From the human T2T-CHM13v2.0 reference genome, Homo sapiens: DNA of 64,000 bases. The stretch lies in the NCBI RefSeq assembly GCF_009914755.1, contig NC_060934.1; one strand, written 5' to 3'. The notes beneath the pieces were generated by a model, which was not told where the DNA came from, did not search any database, and saw only the letters and a list, made by a program, of their open reading frames with translations. A program made the translations under genes and the position numbers. This document shows, in pieces, positions 1 through 13,783 of this stretch; positions within the stretch are counted from its first letter, which is position 1; each line of letters starts with the position of its first letter.

Positions 1-1066
1 CTGCCGGGTTCGGGTTTGGTTTATTCTTGTTTCTCTAGTTCCTTGAGGTGTGACCTTAGATTGTGTGTTTGTGCTCTTTAAGACTTTTTGATGTAGGCAT
101 TTAATCCTATGATCTTTCCTCTTAGCACTGTTGTTGCTGTATCCCAAAGGTTTTGATAGGCTGTATCACTATTATCATCCAGTTAAAAATTTTTTTAAAT
201 TTCCATCTTGATTTCAGTGTTGACCCAACAATCACTCAGGAGCAGGTTATTTAATTTTTATGTATTTGGATGGATTTGAGGGTTCGTTTTAAAGTTAATT
301 TCCAATTTTACTCCATTGTGCTCTAAAAGAGTACTTGATATAATTTCAATTTGTTGAAACTTCTTTTGTGGTCTACCATATGGTCTATCTTGGAGAATGT
401 TCCATCTGCTGATGCATAGAATGTATATTCTGCTGTTGTTGGATAGACTGTTCTGTAAATATCTGTTAAGTCCATTTTTTCTAGGGTATAGTTTAACTCC
501 ATTTTTTCTTTGTTGACTTTCTGTCTTGATGACCTGTCTAGTGCTGTCAGTGGAATATTGAAGTCCCCCACTATCATTTGTGTTGCTCTCTATCTCATTT
601 CTTAGGTCTAGTAGTGATTGTTTTATAAATTTGGGAGCTCCAGTGTTAGGTGCATATATATTTAGGGTTATGATATTTTCCTACTAGACTAGTGCTTTTA
701 TCATTATTTAATGTTTCTGTTTGTCTTTTTTAACTGTTGTTGCTTTAAAGGTTTTTTTTTGTCCTATGTAAGAATGGCTACTCCTGCTTGCTTTTGATTA
801 CCATTTGCATAGAATATCTTTTTCCACCCCTTCACCTTAAGTTTAAGTGAGTCCTTATGTGTGAAGTGAGTCTCTTGAAGAAAGCAGATGGTTGGTGAAT
901 TCTGATCCATTCCACCATTCTGTATCTTTTAAGTGGAGCATTTAGGCCATTGCATTCAACATTAGTATTGTGATGTGAGGTACTATTCTATTCATCGTGC
1001 TATTTGTTGCCTAATACCTTGGTTTAATTTCATTGTATTGTTGTTTTTTGGGTCCTGTGAGATTTA
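1..1066 (-). mobile_element. LINE-1 fragment (L1PB-like), inter-ORF spacer and ORF2 endonuclease region; continues beyond window start
   Basis: Minus ORF 323-577 reads IVGDFNIPLTALDRSSRQKVNKE...DLTDIYR...FSKIDHM (L1 APE endonuclease motifs). Reverse complement of 940-1060 aligns by eye to the L1 at about 58990-59120. Confidence 0.93.
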
Positions 1067-1099
1067 CACATCTACTAGATTTACTTATTTATACATTTT

Positions 1100-3550
1100 A
1101 TAGTTATGGAAAACTAAGTTGCATCAAACCCTTTGCTGTCACATACATGTCGTGATGAATGTCTTTTTGTCTGTGCTTATCTTTATGTTTTTGGTAATTT
1201 TTTAGAATTTATTTCTCAAGAGAGTTCATTGAATCATTCTGTATATGAATTCTGAAGTTCAGTAATTTCCGAAGTGGCTTTACCAATAGATTTACATGTC
1301 TACTAGCAAAACTTCATGTTTTTTTCCTCTGCACACCTTAACCAATACTTTGTGTTATACTTTTTCTAATGTTGAATGCCATCTAATTGAGATGTAATTT
1401 TCATATAATTAAATTTGATAGATATTAACCTTTTGTTGATTTAGACTTGCAGATACCTTTTTATAGTTTGTCTGTTAACGTTGTCTACCGTGTCCTTGGA
1501 TTGAACTAGAATCTTTACTATTGATGTAGTAACATTTGTCAACATTCTGCTTTATGGTTTGTGTTTCTGTGTGTGTGTGTTTAAAGACAATTTTACTTAG
1601 TGAAATAGAAATTATCCTACCTTCTTTGTAGTAGATTTTCTCCCACACATTCTTGGTTTTAATAATTTGCTGTCTTCAATTTATTTATAAAATGTCCTGG
1701 TTTTAATCAATTTTTATAAGGGGTACAATTATGGATAGCATAAAGTAGGAAACTAGCCTTATTTTTTCCACATGTAGCATAAGGATGCAGTACAATTTTT
1801 CTGCAGCACTGGAACTAATAAATAAGTGATTTCCACATGAATTATCAGTGTTTTCTTTATTATGTATCAAATTTCTGTGTATCCATTGTTCTATTTCTAA
1901 ATGTTCTGTCTGTTCCATTCTCTTACTTTTCTGTTATTCAACATATACTGTATGTCTATCAAAATTTCAGTTGCTTTGAAATGAATAAATACTTAGTAGA
2001 ATGTTTCCTTCCTTCCTCTTTGTCCCTTTTCAAAATTGGCTTAGCTCTCTGTTGACTTTTATGCTTTCATAATTGGCTTTACTGAGTTGATATAAAAACC
2101 TCTGGGATTTCTACAGATATTAGATAAATTTATATTTTGAATAGGACTGTCATGTTTGCTATATTAGCTTTTTTCCACTCATAATTGTAAAATAGAACCA
2201 CATATTTAAGTGGTCCTTCTTGTCATGTCCTTGAATGTTAATGAAAATATGTTTAAAAGTTCTCCACATTACAAATATTAGATTGTTTGCTCTATTAATT
2301 TGTTTTTTCAATTTAATGAAGTTTCCTATTTCAAGTTCCTGAAAGTTGTATTATCAATAGGTTACTAATATGGTAGCATGCTTTTCCTGAAAATATTAGA
2401 AAATCATAAGATGTTATTTATTAACTCATTAATATAATTTCTATTGTTAGATTCTCTGATCTTCGATCATCTTGTATTTCTATTAATGAACTATGCAGTT
2501 AATTTTATAAATATTTCATATTTAGAAATTTGGCATCCTTTTTCAGGAATCTGATTAGCTAATTTTTTCATTTCATAAAATGAATTGGTCAGCTTTCCAC
2601 CTCTTTTATATACTCTGGAATACCTTCTATAATATGAAGATTCCTTTTCTTGAATATTTGGAAGAAACACCTGTAAACATTATCTGTATATTTTCTTTAA
2701 GGTAGAGACATGTTCCTTGGTTAGTTCAATTTCTGCTTTTTAAAAAAAGTTTCTATCTTTTCTTAAACAATTATACAAATTAAAAACCTTCCAGAAATTT
2801 ATTCATGTGACTAAATATTACAAAATTTATTAGTATGTCATTTTTAATAATTGTTTTATTCTTTTAATCTGTTATCTCTGGATTGTTCTTTTTGTCGTTT
2901 TTATTTTTATTTGCTTAACTCAATAAATTTTGATAAGGCTTTATTATATTATTATTATATTGTTTGTAAAAGATCCAGCTGCTAGTTTTATTATTTCTCT
3001 TTATTTATTTTTTTAATATTGCCATTTTATTTATGTGGAATTTATTCTTTATATTCATGTTTTTACACTTATCCGGTTGTACTGAAAAGAGTATTATTAG
3101 TTTTTTATTTCTATTTTTAATTATTCATGTTCTGATAAATATATACAAAGGAGCAATTTTATGAAACATTTAATGTAGAATGTAGAATATTAGTTCCACT
3201 GTATCTCATAGATTTTGGCCTGTAAAAGTGTCTTTAACATTCAATCCTAATCATTTTATAGCCTCTATGATATTTTGATTTTTAACTAAGAGTTTCTCAT
3301 TAACATGTAGTTTCCAGATACATGGGGTTTATAAAAAAATTTTATTGTGATTTTTTATTTTAAATAAGTTGTTTTTGAAAATATATTATTTGTGATATAA
3401 ATTAGAATTCAGTGAGAGTAATTTTTGAACCATTATAATCAGTGTTTCCTGTGTTCAAAGTTTGCTTAAAAATGTCTGTTCTCTTAGTACTGAGTGGTAA
3501 ATTTTGTGCATCTATTCTAGCGTATTATTTGTGTTATGCTGTTATTCTTC
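1100..3550 (-). mobile_element. Highly decayed old L1 (L1M/L1ME-type) fragments
   Basis: T-rich strand with residual L1 ORF2 antisense words (ttccgaagtggctttaccaat, cttttcaaaattggcttagctct, ctctggaataccttctataat). Boundaries approximate. Confidence 0.6.
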
Positions 3551-5184
3551 TATATTGAATCAGCTGAGAAGAGTAAAAGATACTAGAGGGGGAAGAAAGT
3601 CCTCATATGTTGTTGAATGAGGATGAGGATCCTGTTGGAAAGGAAATAAGAATATTTTATTGTCCAATTTTTTTCTGGACTGAACTACCTATGACTTACT
3701 TTTAAATAATTAAATGAAAACTTGAAAAGAGACATAAATCATATCATTCTTCATATTACTGCTAGTTTCATGTATATCTGGATTACTTAGGTAGCAAGGT
3801 TTGAAATAATGTAACAAGTGTGTCATTTTGAATTTAAGTCACCGAAACAAAATATCAGAGGAATAGGGCTCTCATAGAATATTTTATGTCAGGGGGACAA
3901 TGTGTTTAGATACTTTCCTCTTTGTACAACTACATTTTAATATAGTATACACATATATGACATTTAGAAAAAAAGTTTTAATTTTCTTTTTTAAATTGTA
4001 CTTTTCATATCCTCCAAATAACTTCAAAAGTTTTAGGGTTTCAAAAATCAAGAAGCTTCTCATCACAACACTGTAATTATATATCATCAATGTTTAGGCT
4101 TAATACTTTGGAATATCTTTCATGCCACTTTCAGTAAGATTTCACCCACTCATGCTTGTTCAGTAAGGTCAAGAATATAAGCCTGAGAACCACTGGAAGG
4201 ATTCCAGAGTGGAAATTCAAAAACAGTAATTTTTCTACAGAAATATAATTGAGTGCACAAAGGTTATGTTAGGTCAGAAAGAGAGCTGTGTTCAGTGGAA
4301 CTAGAAAAGAATTAAAACGTTTACACTGAAGATAATTAGCATGGTGTGAAAATATGACACTTAATTTCCCACAAAAAAGTGTTATTAAACCACCCTACAT
4401 ATGATTGTTTGTAGATGACAGTGTTTTACCATAGAATGTTAAAAGATTTAAAAATAGAATAATAACAGAGGAAGAGTTTTGACAAAGTCCCAAGGATGAT
4501 TTATATTATCCACTGGAGTAAAAACTCCAGATAACACAATTGTTTCCTAAGTTGAAACAGTTGAGATTTAAGAAAATGAAAAATCAAAGTGAATGAAATC
4601 TACAAACCTTTTAGCTAAATGAAGTCATTCTAGAACTACTTACTTTTATTTACCTATATATATATTTTGCCTAAGACTATAATCATTATTTGAATTGATG
4701 TTTAAAATCAATATGAGATTACATAGCCCCTCATTATAAAGTATTTACTGAATAGTTGCTATGGGCAACCATGTGTATGTGTGTTTTTTTAAATATGTAT
4801 AGATTATGAAATATATTTTGTGCCCTTAAAGAGCTCAGAGTTTACTATCATAGGTGTTGATCTTGTAATAAATAGTTCTGATCCATAATATTTTAGTTCT
4901 CTTACTTCTGGGACATGGTGGAATTGCACCATTCTGGTTACAAGTGAGCAGTGGTGAGCCTATCACCTCCAGTGATAGCTTATAAACTCCCATATATATT
5001 TTATTATGCTTCCTCCTTGACTATATCTAGTGGTATTCTAAATATAGAGACTCCAACAGTATAAGTCTCTAAGTGAGGACATCATCAAGCATGTCCTCTT
5101 CCAAAGGAAAATCTAATGCCTTATGTCTGTCCTGATCAACACAATAATTGTTACATTATTAACAACATTTACCTGTTTATCTGC

Positions 5185-5730
5185 TCAAAAATATTTACTG
5201 AGCATTCTATTAAAACCACCATACTCAGTGCACTAAATATCAGAGATATAAAGTTGATGACTTGCTAATAATGATAGATAGACAAATAAACAATAAAGTT
5301 ATATCTTCTCTGTTAGCAATCAGTATGTTGCATGGCATGTAAATATATGACCTAAGTGACTGGCTTTGTGTGATTGAAAGGAAATAATCAGAAATATGAT
5401 CCTTCAGCTAAAATCTTGAATGAGGGCAGAATGCTTTCACTGGATTTAGTAAAAAGGAAGAATATAGAATAAATAGTATTGCAGACAAAAGTTGCTCCAT
5501 TAGCATGTCAAGTTTTCTGAAACATCACAGGAAGTTTATGAATCTGAAAAATAGTACAATTGCAAAAAGGAGAATCAAAACTTAAAAGATATTTTAAGTC
5601 ATGGTAAGGAAATTTACCTCTATGCTATGAGCCATGTGGATTCTCTGAAAGATTTTAAGCAGGAACAGGTACTTTAGATATAGGATTAGTTCTGAAAAAG
5701 TCCACTCCAACAGGAATAAAAATTAGAGTT
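5185..5730 (-). mobile_element. L2 fragment(s)
   Basis: tatttactgagcattcta 3'-end word and catggtaaggaaattt...aagattttaagcagg L2-like segment. Confidence 0.5.
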
Positions 5731-5879
5731 TAAGTTGGGCAGCATGAGTTACAGAAACTGTGCTGAGAATATGTTATCAAATAAGAAAGTCAGAGAGGGA
5801 AAGCAGAGGAGAGAGAAAATAATAGTGAGGGGAGAGCATGTAAGGATGATGTTAAGAAGGCAAAACCCACATAAAAATG

Positions 5880-6105
5880 ATAGTTCATTTTTATTGAGCA
5901 CTTTATCTGTCCCAGGCACAGTGATAACTTCTTTACAAGAGTTTTTATACCTAATCTTTATAATAGAATTAAGCTTATGAGTTAGGTAACCTCTATGAGG
6001 CACAGAGAGGTAAAAGAGCTGGGGAAATTACATAATTAGAAGTTGTAGTCCAGGAATTGGGCACAGGCAATTTGACCTTAGGCCAAATTCTCTTAAACAC
6101 TAGTC
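5880..6105 (-). mobile_element. MIR
   Basis: tttattgagcacttta..ccaggcacagtg...gaggcacagagaggtaa...caggcaatttgacc matches the MIR antisense layout. Confidence 0.75.
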
Positions 6106-6229
6106 TATACATACCACCCCCGCCGCCCCAAGCAGGATAAAAATTCATGGTCGATTGTGTAATAGTATTATGTAGTATTTATAAAGAGATTCAGGCAGTA
6201 TGACAGTTCAAGAAAAAAAAACTAGAAAT

Positions 6230-6785
6230 ATTTTTAAAAGGACTTCATCAGAGAGATGGTAATTGAAATAGACCTTGACAAGTGGCTAAGATTTCAATAA
6301 GTAAAATTGGTGACAAGTTCATTCAGATGTGATTAAATATATAAAATGAAGAACTCATGAGAAGTTTTTGTAATGAGTAAAAAAGGAGTTTTGTGATACA
6401 TGGAGAAGGAAAGTATTACAATTATTAAGAAATTTTATACAGAAGCAAATAACTTAGTCTTTAATAACTATGTGCTCATTGGAGTTAAAAAAAAATAAGC
6501 CTAGTATGGTATATTGAGATCAGATTACACAAGGCTTTAAAAGTTAATTTAATTATGTACTTCTTGAAAGTTTAGGCCCTAAAAAGAAAGTTCATATATG
6601 CTATGCCTTAGTCTGATAAGTCTGAAAGTGAAGAAAAGAATGGTTGTCGTAGACTCAATTAGAAGTTTATTCGAGTAGATCAGACAAGATATAATTGGAC
6701 CTTACAGAACTAGTGGTGAGGTGTAAAGAAACTGAAGATTTAGGGACGATAAGACATATAAGCGTTACTGGATGTGGGAGATTTC
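6230..6785 (-). mobile_element. L2 fragment
   Basis: Degenerate L2-like words (aaggacttcatcagagagatggtaattgaa, cagattacacaaggcttt, ctggatgtgggag). Confidence 0.4.
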
Positions 6786-6818
6786 AAAATAAACTGTCTA
6801 GTAATAAGGTAAAGCTTT

Positions 6819-8585
6819 TGTCACAGGATCCTTGGGGTGTAGCTTTTCCAGCCAGAAACCTCTGTGGCTGGTGGCACCTTTGCTCAACTCTTTCTTGGGC
6901 CCACTGGGCTTGTTCTACCCACTCAGCGTGGCAGGCTGCACTTGGCTTGTGCTACTGGCCTGGATCCCAAGCCTACCAAGGGTGAGCCAGGTGTGGAGTG
7001 GTGAGGGGTGTGTGAGCAAATGAGTATGGTACCTGGCCACTGTGCACAGCCAGGCACACTAGATGCAGCAGGGTGAGCAGCTCCAGGGACCAGCATGGAT
7101 GCCAGCTCCCTGTGAGGCTGCAGCTGGACCAGGAGTACTGCAAGCCCCCTCCACAGCACTGCGAAATGTGGTGGCACCCAGAAGCTTGGAGATGCCAGGA
7201 ACTGCAAAGCCCCAAAGAGGGTGTTGCAGCCTGGTTTGGAGAACTCCTGGGTCTGGGCTTCCCAAAGGGCTGCAGCTCTTATCTCCATCTCTCTTCTATC
7301 CTTGTCACCTGTAACGTGGTGAGCAAGGGGCACGTTTCAGCCCTGTTTGTGTTACACCTCTTTCAGCCCCACCATTTGGCAGGTCCCAAGTTCTTGTCCT
7401 GCATCCAGGAAGAATGAGGTATATGGACAAGTGGAGGGTGAACAAGGCAAAGAGGTGTTTCGTTTAGTGACAGAACAGCTCAGAGGGGACCTGCAGTGGG
7501 TAGCTCCTCTCCCCCAAGCAGGTCATCCCAATGAATGTTCAGTTCTCAACAGAAAGGAGGCTTACAGTGGGTAGCTTCTCTCCACAGGCAGGTTGTTCCA
7601 TTGTTTTCTCAGCTCTCAGCAGAGAGGAGACCTACCTACAGTGAGAAGCTCCTCTTCATAGGCAGTTTGTTTGTCTGCTTAGCTCTCAGCAGAGAGGAGA
7701 CCCACAGTGGCTAGCTCCTCTCCATGGACAGGTCATCCATCCTCTGCTTAGCTTTCAGCAGAGAGGAGACCCACAGTAGTTAGTTCCTCTTCACAAGCAG
7801 GTCATCCAGTCATCTGCTCAAGTCTGGCTGAGTCCGGGGTTTTTATGGGCTTCAGAGGGGAGGAAGTACATGCTTATTCGTACATGGACAGCCATGGGCA
7901 GGCCAGGAAAAAGCAACCTAAGTTCTCATTTCGGTCCATGGAACTGGCAGCCCAGTTCCCAGGCCTCAGGCCATCCCTGGGCTAAAGGTGGGGTTTACTG
8001 GGGACCCACTCCTGCCTAGGAGTCTGTCTGCCTCCTGATGCCATTAACCTGCTGTCCATAGTGCTCATGATGCCCAGGCTGTTCATGCCAAGGGGCACCT
8101 GCAGGCCTGTGGTGAACTGACCTTAGCCCCCACTTGGCCTCCCTTCCTTGCTCGTTGGTGCCCAAAGTCTGGAGGGGGAGCTGAGGCGGCAGCAGTCTAG
8201 CATGTCAGTGCTGCCCTGAGCATGTGCACATTTGGCTATGTCGTGACAGTGTCCAGGCTTAGCCACAACTTTGCTCTGAAATCAGAGTGAGCACAAGGAG
8301 TAGAGAGAGGCCAGGCGGTGGGAGTAGGTACTTCTGAGCCTACAGGGACAGGGGGTTTTCTGGGCCCCAAAGAGTACAGAGATGCCCGGGTCTGCATTCG
8401 TGGCTGGGTGGCTACAGCTGTACACAGGAGGATGGGGCTCCAGCTCCTCCAACTTGGAAAGGAGAGGTGCTTCTGCCTCTTCCTGCACCTCTTGGCTCTG
8501 TGAAGTGCACAGCCCTGGCCAAGCCTCCCCTGCAGCAGCCAGTGTCATGGCTGCAGCCACTCCAGATGGGCTGCGGCTACCATCA
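6819..8585 (-). mobile_element. MER52 (MER52A-like) ERV1 solo LTR
   Basis: About 1.77 kb GC-rich island with termini tgtcacaggatccttggggtgt ... ccagatgggctgcggctaccatca. Flanks cttt/ctat form an imperfect 4-bp TSD. Confidence 0.88.
7478..7810. repeat. About 5 imperfect tandem units of about 70 bp inside the MER52 LTR
   Basis: agctctcagcagagaggagacccacagtggNtagctcctctc...caggtcatcc recurs near 7478, 7541, 7611, 7681 and 7750. Confidence 0.85.
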
Positions 8586-8619
8586 CTATCATATTCTTGC
8601 TGATAAAATATACTAACAA

Positions 8620-8740
8620 AGAGACATTAATAGTATTCTTACCCAAAATCAATAATTTGAATTTAGTCTTAGGAAATATAAAAAATAATACAATTTAGTG
8701 ATATTTTACAAAATAACTGAGCTGTACTCCTCAGAAACAG
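8620..8740 (+). mobile_element. L1MC-type 3' UTR fragment, left part (split by the L1MA insertion)
   Basis: gatattttacaaaataactgagctgtactcctcagaaa; the expected continuation reappears at 15050. Confidence 0.55.
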
Positions 8741-9834
8741 AGTGATTTCAACAATCTGGCTTCACTTTCCCACAGATAAAATGAAAAAAAAAGTATCTAA
8801 TGCCAAGCTTATCACCACCAATATCCTGGAACTCAAAACTGAGGTTTATGAGAAATCCTAATGCCACAAATAAGTAAAACACTGAGCAGAAATTAGAAGA
8901 AATGGACTTCTTTATCTGTACACCTGCCTTCCGTACTGTAAGGCACTGTGTGGAAAAGTCTCCTGGATTAATGATTTCTATACTGGAAAAAGTGGCAATG
9001 AGGCATGCAGCCAGCTTCCCCATCAGCTTGGGTTTCTACACAGAACAGCTGTTTCTGCCTCAGCCCTCTCCCTCAGGGGAGCATTGTAACTGCCTGTGTG
9101 GAGAGGGACCCCTGTGGACAGCTGAATATAAACAGTAGAGATGGGGAATAGCAGCACCAGTGCAAAACTCACAGGCTGCTCTCCAACTCAGACAAAAAAG
9201 AATACAAATTAGAGAGGTTGTTCAGCTGCACTACGCAATAGAAAGCAGTCTTCACAGGCCCTCTGTGGATGAACTCCTAGACAGCCTCCCCACACAGCTG
9301 GAGAAACCCTTTCTAACTCCCCTAGTTGGGACTTTTTGCAAGAGCCATGGCAACTCTGGCTTTAAGGTGTCATCTAACGTCAAAAAGAAAGCAGTGATAT
9401 AGTGTTAAAGGAATCCATAGAACCTTTAAACACACATATGTTGGAGAGACAGTAAAGACTGGAATAAGTAATCCTTCAACGTGAAGACACAAAAATATAT
9501 CCTTAACAAACAACAAACAAGGAACCATGACCTCCCCAACTGGATAAAGCAAGAAGTCAGTGACTGACCCCAATGAACTCTCAGATCAAGAATTCAAAAT
9601 AGCAGTCTTGTGGAAACTCAGAGAACTTTAAAGTAACATTAAAAAGCAATTCAGAAATTATAAGGTAAATTTAACAAAGAGATTGAAATAATTTTTTAAA
9701 ATCAAATAGAAATTCAGGAGCTGAGAAATATATTAGATGAACTGTAATATGCATCTGTGGGTCTCATCAGAAAAACTAATAAAGATGAAAGAATTAGTGA
9801 TCTCAATGATAGGCTATTTAAAAATGCACAGTTA

Positions 9835-10130
9835 GGCCAGGCCTAGCGGCTGGCACCTGTAATCATGGCACTTCAAGGCAGAAGGATCACTTGAGCCTAG
9901 TGGTTTGAGACCAGCCTGGGCAAGATGGTGAGGCCCCATTTGTACAAAAAGTTTAAAAAATTGGCTGGGCAGGGCATGATGGTGCATGCCTGTAGTCCCA
10001 GCTCCTTGGGAGGCTAGGGCAGAAGGATCACTTCAGCCCAGGAGATCAAAGCTGTAGTGAGCCATGTTCACGCCACTGCACTGCAGTCTAGGTGACAGAG
10101 TGAGACTTTGTCTCAAAAAAAAAAAAAAAA
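9835..10130 (+). mobile_element. Alu (AluJ-like)
   Basis: Dimeric Alu with ggatcacttgagccta/cccaggag J-type words and A tail; decayed TSD aaatgcacagtta / aattaaacagtca. Confidence 0.95.
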
Positions 10131-11511
10131 GAAATTAAACAGTCAGAGGGAAATAAGAATATTAAAAAGGAATGAGGAATGCCTACCAATCTAGAAAATA
10201 ACCTCAAATAGGCCAATCTAAGAGTCATTGCCCATCTAGGAGGGTTGAGGGAGAACCAAACATAGATCTGATTTAAAAAAATAGCAAAAGCTTTCAAACC
10301 CAGAGAAATATATAAATATCTAAGTACAGAAAAGTCAAAGATCACCAAACAGATCCTACACAGATAAGACTACTCCAAGGTATACAGTAATAAAATTCTC
10401 ACTGGTCAAGGACAAAGAGAATCCTAAGAGCAGAGAGAGAAAACAAGCAAATGACATAAAGGGGTACGAATTCATCTGGTAACAGACTTCTCACTGGAAT
10501 CCAAACAGGCCAGGAAGGAATGGGATGTCATATTCAAAGGCCTGAAGAAAAAGAAAGCTGGCAGTCGAGAATATTGTCCCTCAGTAAACCTGTCCTTTCA
10601 ACAAGAAGAGATAAAGACTTTCCTAGACAAACAAAAGCTGAAAAAACTCATTAGCACTAGAATTGTATTAAAAGAAATGCTAAAGGTAGTTATTTAATCT
10701 GAGAAAACATGCTAATGTGCAATTAAATATCAGAAGGTATGAAGCTCACTAGTAAAACTAAGTGCACAAACAATTTCTGAATACTACTGCAGTGAGGTGA
10801 GTAACAATTTACATCTCTAGTATGAAGATAATTACATAAAAATTAATAATTCCAACAATTTCTTAAGAGATGGGCAACAATGGAAATTCAGATAATAAAA
10901 GTCAAAATATGTGAGGTGATAAGTGTAAAAATTTTCAGTTTTTTTAATTCCTTCAGGATCAAAGTTATTTTTTCAAAATAAATTCTTATAAATACAAGAT
11001 TTTTTTTGTAAGCCTCATGGTAAACATAAATCAAAACTTATAACTGATACACTAAAAATAAAAAGCAAGGAACCAAAACATACTACCAAAAAAAAAAAAT
11101 CTATTATCCACAAAGGAAGACAGTAAAAAAAAGAACAGAGGACTTACTTACAAAACAACCAAAAAGTAAATAACAAGATGGCAGTAGGAAGTTTTTATGT
11201 AAAAATGATAATAGTGAATATAAATGGAATAAATTCTCAAATTAAAAAACATAGAATGATTGAATGGATTTAAAATACAGCCAACTATGTGCTACCTACA
11301 GAAAATTCACTTTACCTATAAAGTCATTTAAAAGTGAAGGAAAGGAATAGAAAAATGTATTCCATGCCAAAAAAGTAGGAGTAGCTATATTTATACCAGA
11401 AAAACAGACATCAAGTAACAAACTGTAAGACAGATGGAGAAGGTCACACTGAAAAAGAGGTAAATTCAGCAAGAGGATATAACAAATGTAAATATATATG
11501 TGAGCTGGCAG

Positions 11512-11823
11512 AGCTGGCATGGTGGCTTACACCTGTAATCCCAGAACTTTAGGAGGCCAGGACAGGCGGCTCACTTGAGCCCAGAAGTTCAAGACCAGCC
11601 TGGACCACATAGTGAGACCCCATCTCTGAAAGTAAGTTTAAAAATTAGCTGCATGTGGTATCATGTGCCTGTAGTCACAGCTACTTGGGAGGCTGAGGTG
11701 GGAGGATTGCTTGAGCCCAGCAGGTCACGGCCACATTAAGCTGTGATCACACCGCTGCACTCCAGCCTGCACAACAGAGTAAGACCCAGTCTTCAAAAAA
11801 AAAAAAAAAAGAAAAAGAAAAAA
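11512..11823 (+). mobile_element. Alu (AluJ-like)
   Basis: Dimeric Alu with A tail; TSD-like gtaaatatatat / gtaaatatgtat; gagctggca is duplicated at the 5' junction. Confidence 0.95.
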
Positions 11824-13424
11824 GTAAATATGTATACAGTCAACATCAGAGCATCAAAATATATAAAGTAGATATTAATAGATCTAAAGAGAAAGCGAGA
11901 CTGCTATACCAAATGAACCTAACTGAAATTTATAAAACATGTCATCCAACAGCTGCAGAATATATGTTCTCATCAGCACAAGAAACATCATTTGGGATAG
12001 ATCATATGTTAGTCCACATAACAAGTGAGAAAATTCAACAAAATTGAAACTGTACCAATTTTTTTATGGCCAGAATTGAATAAAAATAGAAATCAATAAT
12101 GAGAGGAACTTTAGAAAAAGTACAAATACATGGAAATTAAACATATTTCTGAATGACCAATGGATCAGTGAAGAAATTAAGAAGAAAACTTAAAAATCTG
12201 TAGAAGGGAAAATAGAAATACAACATATCAAGACCTGTAGGATACCATAAAAACAGTAAAAAACGGAAAGTTCATTGCAATAAATGCCTACATCAAACAA
12301 GTAGAAAGACTACAAATAAACAACCTAATGATACATCTCAAGCACCTAGAAAAGCAAGAAAATAACTCCAAAATTAGTAGAAGGAAAAAAGAAAGATCAG
12401 AGCAGAAATAAATAAAATTGAGTCCAAAGTAATGATAAAAAGATCAATGAAATGAAGTCCAATTTTTAAGAAGGTAACAAAAATAACATTTAAGTAGACT
12501 ATGAAAAAAAGTGAGATAACCTAAATAGAATCAGCAAAAAAAAGGAGACAACTAATGCTACAGAAATACAAAAGGGGATTAGATGCTATTATGAAAAATT
12601 ATATGCCAATACATTGGACAACCTAAAAGAAATGGATAAATTCCAAACTACATATAACCTACCAAGATTGAACTACGTAAAAACAGAAAACCATGCACAA
12701 ACCAATAATAAGTAATGAGATCAAGGGAGTAATATAGTTACTTATCAAAGGAAAGTCCAAGATCTGATAGCTTTACTGTTAAATTTTACCAAAAAAAAAA
12801 AGGGGAAATAATACCACTTCTACTTAAACTACTCAAAAATGTTGAAGAAGAAATACTTCCAAACTCACTCTGAGTTCAGCCATTACCCAGCTGCTAAAAC
12901 TAGACAAACAAAACTAGTCAAATATTCCTGAAGAGCATAGATCCAACAATCCTTAACAAAATGCTAGCAAAACAAATTCAACAACACATGAAAGAGATCA
13001 TTCTCATGAACAATTGGGATTTATCCCAGGAATATAAAGATAGTTCCATATATATAAATCAATAAATATGATACATTGCATTAACAGAAACAAGGACAAA
13101 AGCTATATAATCATTTCAATAGATGCTGAGAAACATTCAATAAAATTCAACATTCCTTCAAGATAAAGACTATCAACAAACTGAGTATAGAAACAATATA
13201 CCTCAAACCAATAAAGGCCATATATGACAAACTCACAACTAACATCATGCCTAATAAAGAAAAATTGAACACCTTTTCTCTAAGATCAGGAACAAGACAA
13301 GGCTGCCCACTTTCACCACTTTTATTCAACATAGTGCTGGGAGTTCTCCCCAGAGTAATTATGCAAAAGAAAAAAAAAAGGGCATCCAAATTGAAAAAGA
13401 AGTCAGATTGTTGTTGCTAAGACT

Positions 13425-13783
13425 TGTATTAGTCCATTTTCACACTGCTATAAGACTGCCCGAGACTGGTTATAAATAAAAGAGATTTAATTGACTCACA
13501 TTTCTGCATGGCTAGGCAGGCCTCAAGAAACTTGAGAAATCATGATGGAAGGGAAAGCAGGCATTTTCTTCATAAGGTGGCAGGGTAGAGACAGAGTGAG
13601 ACAAGGGTGAAGAGCCCCTTATAAAACCAGCAGATATCTTGAGAACTCACTCACTATCACAAGAACAGCGTGGGGGAAACTGCCCCCATGATCTAATCAC
13701 TTGCCACCAGGTCCCTCTCTCGACACGTGGGGATTACAGTTAGAGATGAGATTTGGGTGGGGACACAGAGTAAAACCATATCA
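13425..13783 (-). mobile_element. THE1D-like MaLR solo LTR
   Basis: tgtattagtccattttcacactgcta ... gatttgggtggggacacagagtaaaaccatatca, about 360 bp. Confidence 0.9.

Noticed and set aside
7478-7810. Regularly spaced repeats resembling a CRISPR-like array
   Set aside because: Whole units are homologous with no unique spacers; they are an internal LTR tandem repeat in a primate genome.
6695-8603. Cluster of overlapping 60-136 aa ORFs on both strands
   Set aside because: All lie within or overlap the GC-rich MER52 LTR, where stop codons are rarer; no protein motifs.
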